64,000 bases of DNA from Parcubacteria bacterium C7867-005 (lineage in GTDB: Bacteria > Patescibacteriota > Minisyncoccia > Phycocordibacterales > Zambryskibacteraceae), in NCBI GenBank assembly GCA_001189165.1, contig LFCO01000003.1, positions 190,984-254,983 of the forward strand. The letters run 5' to 3'. Below the pieces are notes generated by a model. The model worked only from the letters and a program-made list of their open reading frames with translations, did no database searches and had not been told where the DNA came from. The position numbers were made by a program, and so were the translations under genes. Position 1 is the stretch's first letter. The number at the start of each line of letters is the position of its first letter. Positions 57,866-64,000 of this stretch are shown piece by piece.

Positions 57866-58621
57866 GTGAACAAATCGGAACTAAAAGTGGTTTTAATCTG
57901 CGGGGGGAAGGGGACCAGAGTCTCTGAGCTTACAGGTGCTGTAAGCCCTAAATCGTTAATCAGGTTAAGTAAAAAGGTGTCTAGGCCTCTTGTTGCGTAT
58001 CAACTAGACCAACTAAAGAGGGCCGGAGTTAAGAGTGTTCTACTCGTACTCGAGAATGATTGGCAGGTTCCAATTTTCAAACACTCGATAAGATCGGGAG
58101 AGTTTCCTGGTATGAACTACTCTTTTAGCACCTGTTTTACTCTCCATCCTTTTTCTATCTTTTCCCATCCAGACATAACAAAATTTATAGGCCGATCTAA
58201 TTTCCTGGTCTCCTACGGGGATATCTACTACTCTCTAGACATTCTAGGAAAAATGAAAAAATTGTTATCAAGGAACAACACTTCAGTCGCATGTGGTATG
58301 TATTCAAAAAGTAAGCGCTGGAGAAAGGGTAAAAAATTTATAACCTTCTCTAAAAATAATAAAGGAGAAGTGGTCAATATAGGGTATTCGGACAAGGCAG
58401 ATTTTACAATCCACGCCCCCTTTTTATTCAAACACAAAGCACTGGGGACAATTTTAAGACGGGCAAAGCTTAACTCGGCCAGAACTATTCCGATCCTTTC
58501 CGACCTCATAGGAACGAGTAATTTGTCTGTGGTTACCCCACGGCGGTTGGTTAATTTAACTACTTTGCAGGATGCTAAAAATGTTGAAGGAGCAATAAGA
58601 GAAGGGCATTTAAACCAATAA
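57866..58621 (+). CDS. sugar-phosphate nucleotidyltransferase-family protein (GTG start)
   Basis: N-terminal LICGGKGTRV (GGxGTRL motif). Confidence 0.55.
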   Translation: MNKSELKVVLICGGKGTRVSELTGAVSPKSLIRLSKKVSRPLVAYQLDQLKRAGVKSVLLVLENDWQVPIFKHSIRSGEFPGMNYSFSTCFTLHPFSIFSHPDITKFIGRSNFLVSYGDIYYSLDILGKMKKLLSRNNTSVACGMYSKSKRWRKGKKFITFSKNNKGEVVNIGYSDKADFTIHAPFLFKHKALGTILRRAKLNSARTIPILSDLIGTSNLSVVTPRRLVNLTTLQDAKNVEGAIREGHLNQ

Positions 58622-58668
58622 AATTCGAACATCGTACCAGACGGGCAGCTCGTGATATTCTAGAGATA

Positions 58669-59631
58669 ATGGAAAAAACCAAATTTCAACTCATTATTGA
58701 AGCCACGAAAGAAATAGATGATCTATTTGAAAATACCTCAACAATGAATGAGAAGTTTTCTCTTGTGTTTCCAGTTCCCAAAAGTGGAAACCATAGAGAG
58801 ACAATAGATTCTTACCTATATCGCTCCAGTGAGATAGAAAACCTGGATCTTGGTAATTCTTTTGTAATCTGCGACGAGAATCTTAAAAATACTTTTGTTA
58901 ATGAAGTATTAAATGGTAAAGATATTTACTATATAAATTCTGCAGAGGGGGATATAAAAGAAATTGGAACCTTGGGTAAATTTATCGACGGTCACCAAAA
59001 TGAAATTGTTGATAAGAGCAGAATTGTAGCCATGGGTGGTGGAATTATTTTAAATATCACTGCATATATTGCGGAAAAGTTTACCAAAGATTTGGTATAT
59101 ATACCCACAACAATAATATCAATGTCTGATGGAAGCATGGGTGGAAAAGTAAGAGTGAATAAAATTGAAGGTAACATATTCATTAAACACTTCTATAAAA
59201 GCTTTTATGAGCCCAATGAAATTTTAATCGATAAGAGGTTTCTTAACTCTCTGTCTGAAGAGGGAATAAGGGTGGGCGTGGCTGAAGTTGTTAAACACGG
59301 GGTATACCAATCAGCAAAACTCTTAGAGTACCTGAATTCACAGAAATTTAACCCCCATGAAGATAAAGATAGTTTATGGAAAGCGATTCTGTGGACGGCC
59401 TCATTGAAAAAAGTTTGCTTAGATATTGATTACGAAGAAACAAAAGAAGGGTCGAATATTATTCTAAGGGGTGGGCATGATATCTCGGATAAGATTGAGG
59501 AGGAGTCTCGTTTTACTATTCACCACGGCAGGGCGGTAACTATGGGAATGTGGCAAGATTTAGAGTCAGCTAACTCGATTACTCCAGCTATTGAAGCGAT
59601 TTATTCTAAATTAGGTCTCGCCAAGGCCTAG
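58669..59631 (+). CDS. 3-dehydroquinate synthase-like sugar phosphate cyclase
   Basis: IVAMGGGIILNITAYIA and VYIPTTIISMSDGSMGGKVRVN match DHQS-family NAD/metal-binding motifs. Confidence 0.6.
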   Translation: MEKTKFQLIIEATKEIDDLFENTSTMNEKFSLVFPVPKSGNHRETIDSYLYRSSEIENLDLGNSFVICDENLKNTFVNEVLNGKDIYYINSAEGDIKEIGTLGKFIDGHQNEIVDKSRIVAMGGGIILNITAYIAEKFTKDLVYIPTTIISMSDGSMGGKVRVNKIEGNIFIKHFYKSFYEPNEILIDKRFLNSLSEEGIRVGVAEVVKHGVYQSAKLLEYLNSQKFNPHEDKDSLWKAILWTASLKKVCLDIDYEETKEGSNIILRGGHDISDKIEEESRFTIHHGRAVTMGMWQDLESANSITPAIEAIYSKLGLAKA

Positions 59632-59736
59632 AAAAGTTTCAACTTCGTATTACAATGTCATTAAATTGACTTCTATCTTTTTGTGTGATTTTATCTTGAA
59701 AGAGTACGGTTAAGTCACCCTTACCGCCAAGGTTCT

Positions 59737-60075
59737 ATGCCGAATACCAAGAAGAGGAGACCGTCCGTTCGAAGTAAGAGGAAGATCGAATTCGTGAGCC
59801 ATGAATACAAGCTCTGTGACCCCATGTCCTCCGATGGCCCCATTTTCGGGGAGGTGACAACGGTCAGGGTTCGTGAGGGAACTATCCTCTACCTTCAATG
59901 CTGGAATGGCGAAAGGTCTAGTGAGTACGGGCTAGTGCCTGGCTTCATCGCTTCTCCCTGGTACAAAAGGGGGAGCAGGAGAGCCGCGCTAGTGAACCCG
60001 CTCACAGAAGCCGGCAGGAAGAAGTACGCGAAGAAGTTCGGCAAGCTTCTCAGGGGGAATGTCAATTTCTGGTAA
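59737..60075 (+). CDS. hypothetical basic protein (GC-rich cassette)
   Basis: 112 aa, markedly GC-rich relative to neighbours. Confidence 0.4.
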   Translation: MPNTKKRRPSVRSKRKIEFVSHEYKLCDPMSSDGPIFGEVTTVRVREGTILYLQCWNGERSSEYGLVPGFIASPWYKRGSRRAALVNPLTEAGRKKYAKKFGKLLRGNVNFW

Positions 60076-60158
60076 TCCGCCCGGCATAATGCTGGCGGTT
60101 CTTTTTAAAATAAGCCACAGGCTCATTCTAAGTGGTAGGCTCGTGATATTCTTAAAAT

Positions 60159-60440
60159 ATGAACAAAGAAAATCTTACCAAGAAGCTGAAAGAGGAAGGG
60201 TTTGTAAATGTGTACGAGTGGCATGATGAACCCGATACTGAGTACCCCGAACATGCTCACAAAGGAGCTGCCGCACTTTATATTCTTGAAGGGGGTGTAG
60301 CACTCGACATTGGAGATGAAAAAATAGAATTAAGAGAAGGTGACCGTTTCGATGTCCCTGCAGGGAAAAGTCATACTGCTAAGGTAGGGTCTACCGGATG
60401 TATCTTTCTTGTTGGGGAGATGATCGAGGGTGATTCATGA
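60159..60440 (+). CDS. cupin-domain protein
   Basis: Cupin motifs HAHKGAAALYILEGG and DRFDVPAGKSH. Confidence 0.65.
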   Translation: MNKENLTKKLKEEGFVNVYEWHDEPDTEYPEHAHKGAAALYILEGGVALDIGDEKIELREGDRFDVPAGKSHTAKVGSTGCIFLVGEMIEGDS

Positions 60441-60501
60441 ATGGATTTCAACTTTGTATCAGACAGCCGATCTTTAAATCTATTTCTGATAATATAAATC
60501 T

Positions 60502-60939
60502 ATGGACATTAAACCAAAAATACTTGAAGTTTTGGACAAAGGTCATCTCATGAGTTTGGCTACCGTTGGAGCAGTTGGAGTTTGGGTTTCTGACGTTGTT
60601 TATATTTATGATGAAGATCTAAATATTTATTGGATGTCAGATCCAGATGTTAGACATTCGGGTGCCATCAAAGAAAACAAAAACGTGGCTGGGTCGATCA
60701 CTATCAGTAATAAAAGCAAAGAATTGAATCTCGGTATTCAATTTTCTGGAGTTGCAGAAAAAATAGATGGTCCGAGGTTTGATTTGGCCAAGAAACATCT
60801 AAGGAAACGAAGCCATCCAGAACCCAAGGAAGAGGACGACGTGCTTCAGGGTGATTCTTGGTACATGCTGAGACCCTCCAGAATCGACCTGATTGATGAG
60901 GAGAACTGGGGTTATGAGAAGAAGAGCCTGGATCTATAA
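60502..60939 (+). CDS. pyridoxamine 5'-phosphate oxidase-family (FMN-binding split-barrel) protein
   Basis: N-terminal GHLMSLATVGAVGVWVSDVVYIYDEDLNIYWMS pattern. Confidence 0.55.
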   Translation: MDIKPKILEVLDKGHLMSLATVGAVGVWVSDVVYIYDEDLNIYWMSDPDVRHSGAIKENKNVAGSITISNKSKELNLGIQFSGVAEKIDGPRFDLAKKHLRKRSHPEPKEEDDVLQGDSWYMLRPSRIDLIDEENWGYEKKSLDL

Positions 60940-61003
60940 AAACTAAAACCCCTATATTTGATCGCATACTCGCAAAATTTCGTCATTTCTGTAGTATTGA
61001 TTT

Positions 61004-61630
61004 ATGGATAAAATAATTGACCTTATTAACCTTCTTCAAGTTTCACGTATCCAGCCTCAGTATGGCTATGCCGTGGCTGGTGGGAACGAAAGGATTGGCG
61101 ATCTTGCTCAGCATCATTATTTAGTTACTATGCTTGGGTGGCAACTTTCTGAATTAGTAAATAGTAAGGGGGCAAGTATAGATATTTCAAAAGTCATCAA
61201 ATTTTGCTTGATACATGACATCGGGGAACTATTCGGAGGAGATATTGGAATGTATTATGCCAAGGCAAATCCAGCCGCTCGTAATTTTGCAAAACGTTTT
61301 GAAGAAGAAAATCAAAAATTCCTCGGGAGTTATTTCAGTAATCAAGAAGAATACACGGAACTGACGAGAGAGATAATGGGCTCTGAGTCAAACGAGGCCC
61401 ACATATCAAAAATAGCTGACTATCTGGAGGTTACTCACTACAAGTTATTTAGCGGGCAATTAAAAAGGAAAGATGTAGAGCTAATTGCACCAAAGCTTGC
61501 TGAAAAGATTGAAAAGCTAACTGACAGAGTGGCCAAAGAAGAGTTGTTTAAGTTTGTGGAGACGTGGAAAGAGAAAATGGTCAAGTACGACTCTTTCTTA
61601 GATGCTTCTACAGATGCCCTTAGGGTTTAG
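61004..61630 (+). CDS. HD-domain phosphohydrolase (YfbR-like)
   Basis: LAQHHYLVTMLGW ... LIHDIGE HD motif. Confidence 0.65.
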   Translation: MDKIIDLINLLQVSRIQPQYGYAVAGGNERIGDLAQHHYLVTMLGWQLSELVNSKGASIDISKVIKFCLIHDIGELFGGDIGMYYAKANPAARNFAKRFEEENQKFLGSYFSNQEEYTELTREIMGSESNEAHISKIADYLEVTHYKLFSGQLKRKDVELIAPKLAEKIEKLTDRVAKEELFKFVETWKEKMVKYDSFLDASTDALRV

Positions 61631-61812
61631 ATTTTAGGGTTTCAACTAAGTGGTTTTTGATAAGGAGACGATGGGTGAACCATACGAATCAACCTGGAAG
61701 GAAGAAGTAGAAAGGGTTAAGGATCAGAATCTATAAAAATTCCAATTCTGGGTCCGCCACGCCGATTCCTGTCGGTGAATTGGGAAGGAGTAAACTTTTT
61801 AGTATTTCTATT

Positions 61813-62838
61813 TTATTTGGTTATTTCTTCGTAAATTGTAAGAGATATTTTGGCTATAATTGATCTCAGATCGTCGAAGTCTTGTCCTTCGGTCATGATG
61901 CAGAAAGTATATGGCTCCATGCCGTCTTTGGCATATACGATCCCACAGTCATGTAATTGTTTTGTCACTGTTCGTCCAGTTTGCTCGTCCACTAGTGAGC
62001 GTTCGCCAAATTTGTGGGCGACCACAACATCCTTAGGTATGTTTTTTCTAGCACCATCACTAAAGATACTTTTTGAAAGTATATCCAACATCTCATTTGA
62101 AAGCTCTCTGTTTAGGAATGAGGAGTTATAAAGTGTTCGAAATACAGATGCATATGATCTGGCGGTCACCAGGTTCTCTGTGATGTTACCGCTCCTTAGT
62201 TGGAGGCCCAAAGCCTGTAGTATTTTTTGTAGATAATCAAAAGAGACAAAATTTTCTGACAATATTTCAGCGGCAGCATTGTCAGAATAAGCCAATGACC
62301 TAAATATCAGATCTCTTATGGTGTATTCATTACCATTGACGAGCTTTTCTGGTGATACGATGCTTTGGATAGAATAGTCATCTGAGCCACGGCTGTATTT
62401 AACCTTTTGGTCTAAAATATCCGGTGTTATTTCAGAAAGTCTAAAATAAGCTATGGCCAGTGGTACTTTGAGTAGGCTAGCCATAAAAAAGGTGTCGGCG
62501 TCGTTCACTCCGACATACCTAAGACTTGATAGGTCACGGGCGAATGCTGATATTCTCTCTGCTCTACCACTACTTAAATAAGCCTCGATTTCAAGATCAA
62601 GTCTTTTTTGTAGGGCACTCATCTGGCTTAGTTTTTGTTCGAATAATTCGCACCCCGGGTTTGGGTTGATGAATTCCAGGTTTGATAGACAGGGCTTGTT
62701 CCTATCCCCAAAATCTTTAGAGACGCCCCTTCCTGATAGAAATCCAATAGAAAAAAGAATAACCACTAAAGTGGAGAAAAATAGTATCTGTTTTTTATTA
62801 TATATACCCTTCAGCATGTTTATTAAATAGTAGCACAA
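61813..62838 (-). CDS. class A beta-lactamase-family serine hydrolase
   Basis: SxxK (MASLLK), SDN (YSDNAAA), K[ST]G-like AHKFGE; N-terminal TM anchor. Confidence 0.6.
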   Translation of the reverse strand: MCYYLINMLKGIYNKKQILFFSTLVVILFSIGFLSGRGVSKDFGDRNKPCLSNLEFINPNPGCELFEQKLSQMSALQKRLDLEIEAYLSSGRAERISAFARDLSSLRYVGVNDADTFFMASLLKVPLAIAYFRLSEITPDILDQKVKYSRGSDDYSIQSIVSPEKLVNGNEYTIRDLIFRSLAYSDNAAAEILSENFVSFDYLQKILQALGLQLRSGNITENLVTARSYASVFRTLYNSSFLNRELSNEMLDILSKSIFSDGARKNIPKDVVVAHKFGERSLVDEQTGRTVTKQLHDCGIVYAKDGMEPYTFCIMTEGQDFDDLRSIIAKISLTIYEEITK

Positions 62839-62898
62839 AACTTTATCATTATGTCAAAAGTGGTCAAACATTTTTTAAGTAGTATAATTATCTTTGAT

Positions 62899-63396
62899 AT
62901 GAAAAAAAGAGGTTTTACCTTGATTGAACTTTTGGTCGTGATAGCCATTATCGGACTTCTCTCTTCTGTGGTCCTTGCCAGCCTAAGCATTGCCAGGACT
63001 AAATCTCGAGATGCAAGTATTGTATCCGGCGTACTAGAATTCAGGAAACTCATGGAGCTTGAGTATAGCAATGTAGGTAGTTACACGAACTTAAACCAGG
63101 GTTGGGTGGGCACAACAGTAAACCCAACCTGTGCATTAAGGGGTTATTCTGGTGTAAACGCTGCTCAAGCCGTATCTATGTGTGGAGAGATCCAAAAAAA
63201 CATAACAAGCAAAAGTGCTAACGATTTCCACACAGGAGTAGATATCAGTTTGGGCTTCAGTAACTCTAGGCAGTATTCAATCATGGCCCGCCTATCCACT
63301 GGCCAATATTTCTGTGCTGGTTCTAGTGGCAAGACAAGCAAACAAGGGAATAGTGGGAACGGTTGGACAGGTACAGGTTGTTACGGCAATCCATAA
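62899..63396 (+). CDS. type IV pilin paralog
   Basis: KKRGFTLIELLVVIAIIGLLSS prepilin signal; ATG 62899 preferred over 62851. Confidence 0.75.
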   Translation: MKKRGFTLIELLVVIAIIGLLSSVVLASLSIARTKSRDASIVSGVLEFRKLMELEYSNVGSYTNLNQGWVGTTVNPTCALRGYSGVNAAQAVSMCGEIQKNITSKSANDFHTGVDISLGFSNSRQYSIMARLSTGQYFCAGSSGKTSKQGNSGNGWTGTGCYGNP

Positions 63397-63413
63397 ACTG
63401 CAAGAGAAAGTTC

Positions 63414-64000
63414 ATGAGCATCGTATTCATCACTATTCCAGGAGATATTAAAAGGCACTTTGCCAACACCTTATATGAGGAGACGGGAGGTGCTCTCAAG
63501 GTTGTGATAGTGCAAAGACCCAAGAAACTTTCCTTTTTTATGCGCCTCAAAAGACTTTTTAGGAGAGTGGGTCTTTTAAATTTACCAAAAGAATTTTTTT
63601 ATGGAGTTTTGCTTCGGATTAATCGTGCGAGGCATGCCTTAGAATATTTTAGGACTTATTCCGATCGACACGTTGGTGATCATTTGTCTGAAGTAATAGA
63701 AGTAGATTCGGTTAATGATGATGAGGTTTTTAATATTTTAAAAAAAATCTCTCCAGATCTACTGGTTATCTGGGGGAGTACCGTACTTGAACCACGTATC
63801 TATACAGTGGCCAAAAAAGCTATTAACCTCCACATGGGCTATTGTCCACACTACAGAGGGGCTTTAGCTAATCACACTGCGGTACTAATGGATGACTTTT
63901 CTAATATCGGTGCCACTATCCACTATGTGGCAGAAAAGGTTGACGCAGGTGAAATACTCCTCTCATTAAGAGGTAATACTGATTTGGGCCCCAAAAGAAT
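63414..64000 (+). CDS. formyltransferase-domain protein (partial, runs off the window end)
   Basis: Open frame to the window end; formyl-transferase motif LHMGYCPHYRGALANHTAVL (HxxxLPxxRG-like). Confidence 0.5.
   Translation, partial: MSIVFITIPGDIKRHFANTLYEETGGALKVVIVQRPKKLSFFMRLKRLFRRVGLLNLPKEFFYGVLLRINRARHALEYFRTYSDRHVGDHLSEVIEVDSVNDDEVFNILKKISPDLLVIWGSTVLEPRIYTVAKKAINLHMGYCPHYRGALANHTAVLMDDFSNIGATIHYVAEKVDAGEILLSLRGNTDLGPKR

Overview
The gene content is consistent with a small AT-rich (about 35-42% GC) genome of a Patescibacteria/CPR-like bacterium; this is an inference from gene content only, and ribosomal protein L30 is missing between rpsE and rplO. Core content on the left: truD; a ribosomal-protein cluster rpsS-rplV-rpsC-rplP-rpmC-rpsQ-rplN-rplX-rplE / rpsZ-rpsH-rplF-rplR-rpsE-rplO-secY-adk-map; ndk; infC-rpmI-rplT; smpB-ssrA(tmRNA); ftsH; recG. 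Right half: a complete type IV pilus/competence cluster (comFC, pilMNO, pilB, a receiver-domain gene, pilT, pilC, pilin, pilD, four minor pilins) plus two extra pilin paralogs, ligA, gatCA, prfB, ftsEX, and about 11 tRNA genes. Several layers of accessory DNA overlie this backbone. (1) At least eight short GC-rich (about 55-60%) mini-islands of one or two genes, one of them splitting the ribosomal operon between rplE and rpsZ and encoding a J-domain protein. (2) tRNA-anchored tandem cassette arrays at tRNA-Ser(GCU) and tRNA-Gln(CUG), in which each cassette (one to four genes) is preceded by a degenerate copy of the tRNA 3' end, and no integrase lies within the window. (3) A BglII/BamHI-family restriction endonuclease paired with a methyltransferase whose N-terminus is a complete LexA-like repressor/S24 autopeptidase; this fusion is the most unusual protein in the window. 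(4) A conserved, apparently structured roughly 90-nt element present in two copies, each directly 3' of a tRNA and followed by a duplicate of that tRNA's 3' end. Also notable are a tRNA-Ile with anticodon UAU, a Ser-type tRNA with an apparent ACU anticodon, and a recurring leaderless promoter layout (TATAAT, 6-7 nt, then the start codon).
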